Shown piece after piece: positions 41,679-49,956 of a stretch of DNA of 64,000 bases. Every line of letters starts with the position of its first letter. The first letter of the stretch is position 1. Position numbers and translations under genes: made by a program. Source of the stretch: an uncultured Acidobacteriota bacterium (lineage in GTDB: Bacteria; Acidobacteriota; UBA6911); NCBI GenBank assembly GCA_963827655.1, contig CAWHCF010000007.1, positions 29,376 through 93,375 of the forward strand, written 5' to 3'. Under the pieces are notes generated by a model. The model was not told the DNA's origin. It made no database searches and was given only the letters and a program-made list of their open reading frames with translations.

Positions 41679-42332
41679 ATGTTCGTCGGACACTACGGAG
41701 TAAGCTTCGCGGTAAAGAGCGCGGATAAAACCATTCCGCTCTGGGTACTCTTCATTGCCGTGCAACTCGTGGACGTCTTCTGGGGCATCTTTGTCTTGAC
41801 TGGAGTAGAGGAAGTCCGGATCGTACCAGGCATTACTGCCTCGAACCCTCTGGACCTCTACTACATGCCGTACACACACGCTCTTTTGTCCGCGCTTCTG
41901 TGGTCTCTTGCCGCCGGCATCGCGTACAAGGTCCTTCGGCGCCCACAGCAGGGCATCAGAGCGCCGATGCTTGTCGCTCTCGCCGTCTTCTCACATTGGA
42001 TACTCGATCTCATCGTGCACCGCCCGGATCTCCCGCTCTACGCCAATACCGTCAAGGTGGGGCTGGGACTCTGGAACTATCGAGCGGCCGCATTCGTCCT
42101 CGAAGCAGGGTTCCTCTTCGGCGGCATGCTGCTTTACTTCAACCGGACAACGCCGCTCTCGAAAACCGGGACCTATGGGTTGGTCGTCTTTGGCGTTGCG
42201 ATGCTCGTACTCCAGGCCCAGGTGTTCTTCGGGTCGCCGCCGCCGTCTCCGATTGCCGCCGCCCTCACTGCTCTTCTCTGCTATCTGGCCTTTGCCTGGA
42301 TCAGCCGGCTGCTCGAAACGAAACGCCGCTGA
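41679..42332 (+). CDS. Membrane-bound metal-dependent hydrolase-like protein
   Basis: MFVGH, QLVDVFW, PYTHAL and SHWILDLIVHRPDLP; multiple TM segments. Confidence 0.8.
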   Translation: MFVGHYGVSFAVKSADKTIPLWVLFIAVQLVDVFWGIFVLTGVEEVRIVPGITASNPLDLYYMPYTHALLSALLWSLAAGIAYKVLRRPQQGIRAPMLVALAVFSHWILDLIVHRPDLPLYANTVKVGLGLWNYRAAAFVLEAGFLFGGMLLYFNRTTPLSKTGTYGLVVFGVAMLVLQAQVFFGSPPPSPIAAALTALLCYLAFAWISRLLETKRR

Positions 42333-42556
42333 TCTTTGAGTCCGCAGCGATGCGTCGCGGTCCACCTCTTAACGCTGCCTTCCTTTTCGTGAGCTAATCC
42401 TTCCACAGCGTGCGCAGCCATCTGTGCGCGCGGATGCCGAGCGCCTCACGACTCTGGCAAGAACCCAGTGAGCGCTCAGTCCTCCAGCGAAGCGAAAATT
42501 CCTGCCTTATAGCAATCCTCCAGGTAAAATGGCAGCCGCCGGCGTGGCTGTTAACC

Positions 42557-42588
42557 AGGGCCGAAGGCCCGGCAGTGAATAGACCCGC
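42557..42588 (+). repeat. IR arm of the GCCGAAGGCCCG family; partner at 45579-45610 (-)
   Basis: AGGGCCGAAGGCCCGGCAGTGAATAGACCCGC vs AGGCGCCGAAGGCCCGTCAGTGAGTAGCCCGC. Confidence 0.65.
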
Positions 42589-42800
42589 TAAGAGATTGTC
42601 TCAAAAACGTACCGATCCATGTGCGGACGGGCTATCAAGCCCGTCCGGCTTCCGAGGGGGACACATACTGAACTTGTTAGGCTAAGACGATACCGAGTAC
42701 GGGTTACTTGCGACGGGCCAACTTGGCCCGTCGCCACAGGGTGCTCTAAAGAATGGCTGAGCCACACTACCAGATGCGCTCTGGATCGGGTTACGACACG

Positions 42801-44891
42801 ATGGGGTATGACCTTCTTATCTGTGCAATGGCGTTTTGGCTCGCGGCCGTAACCGCGGCGAGTGCGGACGCGGACGATCCCTTCCTGTGGCTGGAAGAAG
42901 TGCATGGCGCGAAGGCGCTCGACTGGGTGAAGACCGAGAACGCGCGGTCTGCGGCGCGGCTCGAAGGCGACCCGCGCTATGAAACCTATCGCCGCGAGGC
43001 GCTGGCGATCTTCACGGCGAAGGATCGCATTTCACTGCCCGAATTTCGCGCCAAGGGCGTCGACAACATCTGGCAGGACGATGCGCATCCACACGGCGTG
43101 TGGCGGCACGCGACGCTCGAGTCCTATCGCGCGGGCAAGCCGGAATGGGAGACGCTAATCGATCTTGACGCGCTGTCGAAGGCCGAGGGGCGCAACTGGT
43201 TCTTGAAAACGGTCGAGTGTCTGCCGCCGGAAGACCGCTATTGCCTCTTGTATATGTCGGACGGTGGCGGGGATGCGGTCGAAATCCGGGAGTTCGACGC
43301 GGTGACCAGGTCGTTCGTCAATGGTGGGTTCAGGCTCGATCGCGCGAAGCAGAACGTCGAGTGGATCGACCACAATAAGCTCCTCGTCGCGCGCCCATGG
43401 ACGCCGGAGGAGGCAACGACATCGGGCTACGCTTTCACGCTGAAGGTGATCGAGCGCGGCCGTCCGCTCACGCAGGCGAAGGAAGTGTTCCGTGGCGAGG
43501 CGAAGGATGCGTTCGTCGTGCCCCGCGTCCTGCGGGATGCGGACGGTCATGTGAGGGCAACAATCGCCGAACGGCGGATCGGATTCTTCCAGGCCGAATA
43601 CTACTTGATCGACAACGGCAAGCCCCGAAAGTTGTCGCTGCCTCAGCGCGCGAGCCTGCAAGCATTGGTTGAAGGACAGTTGATTGTCAGGATGCAGGAA
43701 GCTTGGGCCGGATTCGAGCCGGGCGCCCTCTTGGCATTGGACCTTGCCGCGGTCGCCAAAGACCCCGCGACCTGCAATGAAGCGGCGCAGCTCATCACGC
43801 ATCCCGGGCCGAAACAGACCATCGATGCGGTGACTGTCACGCGCGATCGGGTGATCGTTCAGCTGCTCGACGAGGTGAAAGGCGCGGTCGAGATTTTCGC
43901 GCGCAAGCGCGGCAAGTGGGTGGCGACGCGACTCGATCTGCCGAAGGGTTCCTCGCTCGTCGTGCGGGCAGCGCAGAAGTCGGGCGCGGTGATGTTCGTC
44001 ACATCTGAAAGCTTCCTTCAGCCGACCAGGCTGTGGTGGGGGGACGCAGCGACAGGAGAGACAGGCAAGATCGCGGTTCTGCCGGCGCGGTTCAAGGCGT
44101 CGACGCATGTAGTCGAGCAAAGCTGGGCGACGTCGCGCGATGGCACAAAAATACCTTACTTCCTCGTGCATCCTAAGCAGATGAAGGCAAACGGCTCGAC
44201 GCCGACCCTGTTGTTCGGTTACGGAGGCTTTCAACTGTCGAAGCCTCCGGTGTATCTGCCTGAGATGGGCAAGCTGTGGCTCGAGCGCGGGGGTGCATAC
44301 GTGATTGCGAACATTCGCGGCGGCGGCGAGTTCGGGCCTGCGTGGCATCAGTCAGCGCTGCGCGATCACCGCCAGCGCGCCTTCGATGATTTCGCGGCCG
44401 TCGCGGAAGACCTCATCAAGCGCAAGGTGACGAGCCCTCGGCGGCTCGGCATCTATGGCCGATCGAATGGCGGCGTGTTGACGACCGTCTCGATGACGCA
44501 GCGACCCGACCTGTTCAATGCGATCGTGGTTGAAAGCCCGCTGGTCGACATGCTGCGCTATCACAAGCTCTCGGCTGGCGCCTCGTGGGTTGCGGAGTAC
44601 GGCAATCCGGACGTCGCCGGCGACCGCTCGTTCATCGCGGCCTATTCCGCCTATCAGAAGGTGAAAGAGGGCGAGAAGTATCCCGAACCCTACATCACGA
44701 CGAACACCGAGGACGATCGTGTTCACCCGGGGCACGCGCGCAAGTTCGCAGCGCGGCTCAAGGCGGCAGGGGCGCCTTATCTCTACTACGAGAATACGTT
44801 TGGCGGCCATGCAAACGACGCGGATCCGGAACTCAACGCCAAGCGCTGGGCGCGGCACTATGTATATCTGGCGCAGAAGTTGATGGACTAG
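42801..44891 (+). CDS. Prolyl oligopeptidase (S9A), secreted
   Basis: DPFLWLEE, GYGGF, ANIRGGGEFG, GRSNGG (Ser), DDRVHP (Asp) and GGH (His); start approximate. Confidence 0.93.
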   Translation: MGYDLLICAMAFWLAAVTAASADADDPFLWLEEVHGAKALDWVKTENARSAARLEGDPRYETYRREALAIFTAKDRISLPEFRAKGVDNIWQDDAHPHGVWRHATLESYRAGKPEWETLIDLDALSKAEGRNWFLKTVECLPPEDRYCLLYMSDGGGDAVEIREFDAVTRSFVNGGFRLDRAKQNVEWIDHNKLLVARPWTPEEATTSGYAFTLKVIERGRPLTQAKEVFRGEAKDAFVVPRVLRDADGHVRATIAERRIGFFQAEYYLIDNGKPRKLSLPQRASLQALVEGQLIVRMQEAWAGFEPGALLALDLAAVAKDPATCNEAAQLITHPGPKQTIDAVTVTRDRVIVQLLDEVKGAVEIFARKRGKWVATRLDLPKGSSLVVRAAQKSGAVMFVTSESFLQPTRLWWGDAATGETGKIAVLPARFKASTHVVEQSWATSRDGTKIPYFLVHPKQMKANGSTPTLLFGYGGFQLSKPPVYLPEMGKLWLERGGAYVIANIRGGGEFGPAWHQSALRDHRQRAFDDFAAVAEDLIKRKVTSPRRLGIYGRSNGGVLTTVSMTQRPDLFNAIVVESPLVDMLRYHKLSAGASWVAEYGNPDVAGDRSFIAAYSAYQKVKEGEKYPEPYITTNTEDDRVHPGHARKFAARLKAAGAPYLYYENTFGGHANDADPELNAKRWARHYVYLAQKLMD

Positions 44892-44958
44892 CGTCCGCAG
44901 AGGCTCGGCAGCAGTAAGAGACCATGAGAACTGTCAGCGCTTCCTCGTCGCAGGATCG

Positions 44959-45426
44959 ATGCCGGATATGAAACACATGTCACCCGAGAGCCGACTCGCC
45001 GATTTCATCGCCCGGTACCCGCCCGAGATCCGCGTTTTGGCCCAGGCCGCGCTCACGAAAATGCGGGCGCGTCTACCGGGCGCCGTCGAGATGGTGTACG
45101 ACAACTACAATGCGCTGGTCGTCGGTTTCGGCCCCACGGAGCGCCCGTCGGATGCGATCTTCTCGATCGCCCTTTACCCGCGCTGGGTAAACCTGTTCTT
45201 CCTGCAGGGGGCAAACCTTCCCGATCCCAAGAAGCTCCTGCAGGGCGACGGCAAGAAGGTCCGCCGCATCCTCCTCGAAAACGCCGCGACCCTGGACCAG
45301 CCGGCGGTCCGCGCGTTGATCGAACACGCGCTCAAATCCGCTGCCAGGCCGCTGGATGGGAAGGCCCCGGGCCGGCTCATCATCAAATCCATTTCTGCCA
45401 AGCGGCGCCCACGACGTCCCGCATGA
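44959..45426 (+). CDS. DUF1801-like protein
   Basis: E.VYDNYNALVVGFGPTERPSDAIFS, LPDPKKLLQGDGKKVR. Confidence 0.72.
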   Translation: MPDMKHMSPESRLADFIARYPPEIRVLAQAALTKMRARLPGAVEMVYDNYNALVVGFGPTERPSDAIFSIALYPRWVNLFFLQGANLPDPKKLLQGDGKKVRRILLENAATLDQPAVRALIEHALKSAARPLDGKAPGRLIIKSISAKRRPRRPA

Positions 45427-45911
45427 TGCGAAACTTTCGGAAACAGCAGGATGCGCCTTCCAGTCCCCCGCCCTCATAAGCTGTGAAAGAATTGGGTCTG
45501 TGGCGCGGGTCCATCAAGCCAGAGGGCTGCCGGGCAATCGAGAGCCGTTCGCCTGAATTGTTTCACAGCTTCTGACGGGCGGGCTACTCACTGACGGGCC
45601 TTCGGCGCCTCGGCAGAGCATACCGAACCGCACTCTACGCGCTGCTCCCAGATACGTTAACCGTAACAGGCTCAATGAGCCACGTCCGCACTCAGGCAAG
45701 CACTGACACTCAGCTGCAAAGCTTGCCGCGTCGTGCAACTCGATAGCAAACTCTGCGAAGCTAGATTCGTTCATCTGCGTACTAAGACCGATACGTTTGC
45801 CGTCCGATCGTCACAATCATCGAGAGGTGAACAGTCGACGGTAGATCTGTTGGAAGGTGGACTTGACCTTCAACACATGGGGAGCGACGTGAGTTTAATC
45901 GTCGTAAGAAC

Positions 45912-47585
45912 ATGACTATTTTCATCAGTTACTCGCGGCTCGACAGCGAATTCGTCGACCGGCTGATTCATGAACTGGAAGAGCGCGGGATTGATGCCTG
46001 GGTCGACCGAAAGGACAGCCGCAGAGGCACGGACTGGCGAGCATCGACCAGCCGGGCCATGCGCCAGTGCCAGGCGGTAGTGGTGGTGCTCTCGCCACGT
46101 TTTGCCGCGTCGGATAACGCCGCGAAAGAGCTATCGATAGCCGACCAATACAAACGCCCGATAATTCCTATCATGGAGGATACCGAAGAAAGGTTCTCGG
46201 ACGCCGTAGATGAAGTTGTGCAGGCACTGCACGAGTTGCCGCCGCCTCACCCGCCCGCTGAACAGATCGAACCAATCCAGGCCGCGACTCAGGAAAAATC
46301 AAGAACAGAGTCCCTGCAACACAAGAGATACTGGCTCCTGGCAACCCTGATCGTCGCGATCGGCCTGGTAATTGGTCTCCAGCAAATGGGAGTCTTTGAT
46401 TGGCGATCTCCGCGCGCGGAGCCAGACCCTCGGACGGACAGAGCCCGGAAGCATGAAAGCCCATCGCCTCATAGCGCAGTCGCGAGCGCCGGGACCAATC
46501 CTGAAGCGAGGGCCGGGGCGGCAGCCTACAAGGTTCTCGCCGTCCAGGGCGGCTCTCACGGCTTCGACCAGCGTACCCTTCGGTTTTCCCTTCGAGTGAC
46601 GGTCAGCAAAGACAGTAACGGAGTGGGTGTCAATCGCGATTTCTTTCGCCTGGTCGCCGATGGATTGGCGCTGGCCCCCACGAAATACCCGGACGAGACT
46701 TTACCACCGCAGACTGCCAAGGATTTCGATGTGGAGTTCTTGATTCCAAAAGCAGCCACTCCGGTTTTCCTCCAGGTGGGCGACGTGAAGGGCGAGACGG
46801 TCGAAATCCCCGTCGACCCGCAAACGAAGAGCGCGGCTATTTTCATCAGCTACTCGCGGCGCGACAGCGAATTCGCCGACCGGCTCATTCACGAACTGGA
46901 AGCGCGCGGCTTCGATGCCTGGGTCGACCGTGAGGACATCCGCGGAGGCACCGCCTGGCGAGCATCGATCAGCCAGGCCATGCGCCAGTGCCAGGCCGTA
47001 ATCGTGGTGCTCTCGCCGCGTTCTGCCGCATCGGAGAATGTCGCCAAGGAGCTATCGCTAGCCGACCATCACAAACGCCCGATAATCCCCATAAGTCTTG
47101 AACCATGCGCGATCCCTGCCGCACTCGAGTTTCAACTGGCGGGGTTGCAGATCATCGAGTTTACTCAAGCGGGGTTCTCAGACTCGGTGGACAAAGTCGT
47201 ACAGGCGCTGCACACGCTCTCGCCTTATCCGCTTCCTGCTGGTTTCCAGGCTGGTGAACAAATCGAGCCAAACAAAACGACGACTCAGCAAAAATCGAGG
47301 GCCGGGTCCTTGCAACTACAGGGATACTGGCTCCTGGGAACCATACTCGTCGTGACCGGCCTGGTAATTGGTCTCAAGCAAATGGGAGCCCTTGAGCGGC
47401 GAGACCCTCGGACGGGCGGGGCGCAGGAACGTGCAAGTCCGGTGCCAGATAGCGCCGCAGAGCCTGCGGCGAGCCTGGGAACCCATCCCGAGGTAAGGGC
47501 CGGGGTTCAGGGGTATCAGGTTCTCGCCGTCCAAGCAAGCTCTCACGGCTCCGGCAAGCGAACCCTTCGTTTTCCATTCGAGTAA
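45912..47585 (+). CDS. TIR-TM-Ig-like-TIR-TM tandem fusion protein
   Basis: Two IFISYSR.D.EF TIR starts with SPR..AS.N.AKEL; two YWLL..L.V..GLVIGL TM helices; beta-rich domain between them. Confidence 0.87.
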   Translation: MTIFISYSRLDSEFVDRLIHELEERGIDAWVDRKDSRRGTDWRASTSRAMRQCQAVVVVLSPRFAASDNAAKELSIADQYKRPIIPIMEDTEERFSDAVDEVVQALHELPPPHPPAEQIEPIQAATQEKSRTESLQHKRYWLLATLIVAIGLVIGLQQMGVFDWRSPRAEPDPRTDRARKHESPSPHSAVASAGTNPEARAGAAAYKVLAVQGGSHGFDQRTLRFSLRVTVSKDSNGVGVNRDFFRLVADGLALAPTKYPDETLPPQTAKDFDVEFLIPKAATPVFLQVGDVKGETVEIPVDPQTKSAAIFISYSRRDSEFADRLIHELEARGFDAWVDREDIRGGTAWRASISQAMRQCQAVIVVLSPRSAASENVAKELSLADHHKRPIIPISLEPCAIPAALEFQLAGLQIIEFTQAGFSDSVDKVVQALHTLSPYPLPAGFQAGEQIEPNKTTTQQKSRAGSLQLQGYWLLGTILVVTGLVIGLKQMGALERRDPRTGGAQERASPVPDSAAEPAASLGTHPEVRAGVQGYQVLAVQASSHGSGKRTLRFPFE

Positions 47586-47656
47586 AGCAGTAGGCAGAAA
47601 GCAGGAGGCAGATGGCACTGGTACTGCGTACTGCTTACTGCTTTGCCCCTACTGCC
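47583..47656. repeat. 7-mer tandem/inverted repeat (GCAGTAG-like)
   Basis: AAAGCAGTAGGCAGAAAGCAGGAGGCAG...TACTGCGTACTGCTTACTGCTTT. Confidence 0.7.
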
Positions 47657-48158
47657 CCTCGAGCAGTTTGTTGATTTCCTCCCTTAGTTGCTGACCCATG
47701 CTCGAACTGTATCCAATCTGAACGTGCCGGACGACCCCTTCCTGATCGATCAAAACCTGCATCGGGATCGATCGGCTCTTATACGTACTCCCGACTGTGC
47801 CCTCGCTGTCCAACAGCACGAGGGACTTCAGGTTCCTGGAGTGAGCATAGCCTCGTACCGTTTCAGGAGATTCCTGCAGATTGATGGCAAGCAAGACCAT
47901 GTTCTGGGCATACTCTTGTTGGAGGCTTTCAAGCTGCGGCATGCTGAGGCGGCAAGGACCGCACCACGTCGCCCAAAAATCCAGCAACACGACCTTCCCT
48001 CGGAAATCTGACAGCGAAACCTGCCGGCCATCCATCGCGGGAAGACGAAACCCGGGCGCCTCCTGTCCCACCAGCACTCCGGTTTGGCGACCCGAACATT
48101 TCAGAAGCGCTATACCGAGCGCAAGGCAGCACACCACCCATATCAGCTTTCTATACAT
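47649..48158 (-). CDS. TlpA/ResA-family thiol:disulfide reductase
   Basis: LSDFRGKVVLLDFWATWCGPC, SIP..VLID..G; N-terminal anchor. Confidence 0.93.
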   Translation of the reverse strand: MYRKLIWVVCCLALGIALLKCSGRQTGVLVGQEAPGFRLPAMDGRQVSLSDFRGKVVLLDFWATWCGPCRLSMPQLESLQQEYAQNMVLLAINLQESPETVRGYAHSRNLKSLVLLDSEGTVGSTYKSRSIPMQVLIDQEGVVRHVQIGYSSSMGQQLREEINKLLEGQ

Positions 48159-48324
48159 CTCGTTGTTATCCTCCGAGATCGGCAACGTTCGCCGTCCGAC
48201 AGTCACAATTATCCACGAAGTGAGGAATCGACGGTAGACTTGTTTTGAAGCCGGCTCATTGGACAGGTCCGGCAGTGAGTACATGGGTCCGACGCCCACC
48301 GCGAAGACGCGAAGAGTCAAGGGT

Positions 48325-48353
48325 TTGCATTTCCCCTAAGGAAGCGATATAAG
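48325..48353 (+). promoter_or_regulatory. Putative sigma70 promoter of the third TIR unit
   Basis: TTGCAT-N17-TATAAG, ending 18 nt upstream of ATG 48372. Confidence 0.5.
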
Positions 48354-48371
48354 GTTGACCGTCGCACGAGC

Positions 48372-49347
48372 ATGACTATCTTCATCAGCTATTCCCGGCA
48401 CGATAGCGAATTTGTCGACCGGCTCATTCACGAACTGGAGAGGCGCGGGTACGACGCCTGGGTCGACCGCGAGGACATTCGTGGGGGCGCCGCCTGGGGA
48501 GCTTCTATCAGCCAGGCCATCCGCCAGTGCCAGGCGGTAATCGTGGTGCTCTCGCCACGTTCCGCCTCATCGGATAATGTCGCAAAGGAGCTATCGCTGG
48601 CCGACCATCACAAACGCCCGATAATACCCTTACGCTTTGAACCGGGGGCGATACCCGCCGCGCTCGAGTTTCAACTGGCCGGGCTGCAGATTATCGAGTT
48701 TAACCGGGCAGGCTTCTCAAACTCGGTGGATCAAGTGGTGCAGGCGTTGCGCGCGCTGCCGCATCCTGCTGCCCGTCGCCCATCCGAGCAGCAGATCGAA
48801 CCAATCCAGACGCGTCAAAAATCACCGACCGGGTCACTTCGACGTAAGGCATACTGGCTCCTTGCAAGTATCCTGGTCGTGGCCGGATTGATCGTCACTC
48901 TCCGGCAGATGAGAATCTTTGATCGTCGAGACCGTCGGGCGAACCATGGTGCAGCGGCATCCGGCTCCAGCGGCCGGTACAGCCGCGCCAGCCCCGAGTC
49001 GTGGCGCCAATCCCGAGGCAAAGGCCGGCGTGGCGTCGTATAAGGTTCTTGCCGTCAAACTTGACCCCTACAAACTGGACAAGCGCACCCTTCGCTTGTC
49101 GATTCGAGTGACGGTCGGCAGAGACACGCACGGCATCGGTGTCGGTCGGAATTACTTTCGCCTGCTGGTGGATGGATTGGCGCTGCCGCCCACAAAATAT
49201 CCCAGCGAGGCCTTGCGCCCCCAAACCTCCCAGGATTTCGAAGTGGAGTTCGTGATTCCGAAAACAGCAACTCAGCTCGCGCTTCAGGTGGGCGACGTCA
49301 GAGGCCAAACAGGAGAAATCCCTATCGATCTAAGCGCGGTGCGATGA
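48372..49347 (+). CDS. TIR-TM-Ig-like protein (third unit), one frameshift at ~48935-48950
   Basis: TIR and TM in 48372-49043; Ig-like C-terminus in the 48919-49347 frame, homologous to the middle domain of 45912-47585. Confidence 0.85.
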
Positions 49348-49439
49348 CCGGCAAGCCTGATGCTCGGGAAGTCGTGGGGGCGTGGACTTCGCGCCTTCGC
49401 GGTTAGCGCGTCAAACCATACTCTTCATGGAGGAGCTTG

Positions 49440-49838
49440 ATGACTTCATCTGCGATCCACCAGCCTGTGCGTAGCGACAAACTTCCTAAACCCGCGGGGC
49501 CGTACTCGCCAGGGGTGATCTTCGAACGTCTGATTTTTGTTTCCGGCCAGGGAGCCACCGATCCTTCAACCGGCAAACTCGCAGGTCCGGATATAGAAAG
49601 CCAGACTGAGCAGGTGCTCAAGAACATTGCCTCAATACTTGAAGCTGCCGGATCCAGTCTCAATCACGTTTTGCGCTGCGGCGTATTCCTCACCGACATC
49701 GCGGAATTTCCCAAAATGAACGCCGTCTACTCGCGCATGTTCGGCGAAAACCGGCCCGCGCGCACCACCGTGCAGGTCGTAACACTACCGGGGCCGGGAC
49801 TTCGCGTCGAGATTGATGCGATCGCCTACATTCCATAA
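49440..49838 (+). CDS. RidA/YjgF family protein
   Basis: PAGPYSPG, FVSGQ, MNAVY, PARTTV and VEIDAIA. Confidence 0.92.
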   Translation: MTSSAIHQPVRSDKLPKPAGPYSPGVIFERLIFVSGQGATDPSTGKLAGPDIESQTEQVLKNIASILEAAGSSLNHVLRCGVFLTDIAEFPKMNAVYSRMFGENRPARTTVQVVTLPGPGLRVEIDAIAYIP

Positions 49839-49956
49839 ACTCGCCGGAAAAACGAATACCACCAGGACGCAAAGACACGAAGGTTTAACAACCCAAACTG
49901 GATAGTGATAGAGTGAGCACAGCCCGATCTTGCCCAAGTGTGAAAGAGGTGCCGCG

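Noticed and set aside
3274-49347. LRR genes plus TIR genes as one split Toll-like receptor
   Set aside because: They are ~40 kb apart, and the LRRs are coupled to DUF1592/DUF1552; nothing links them.
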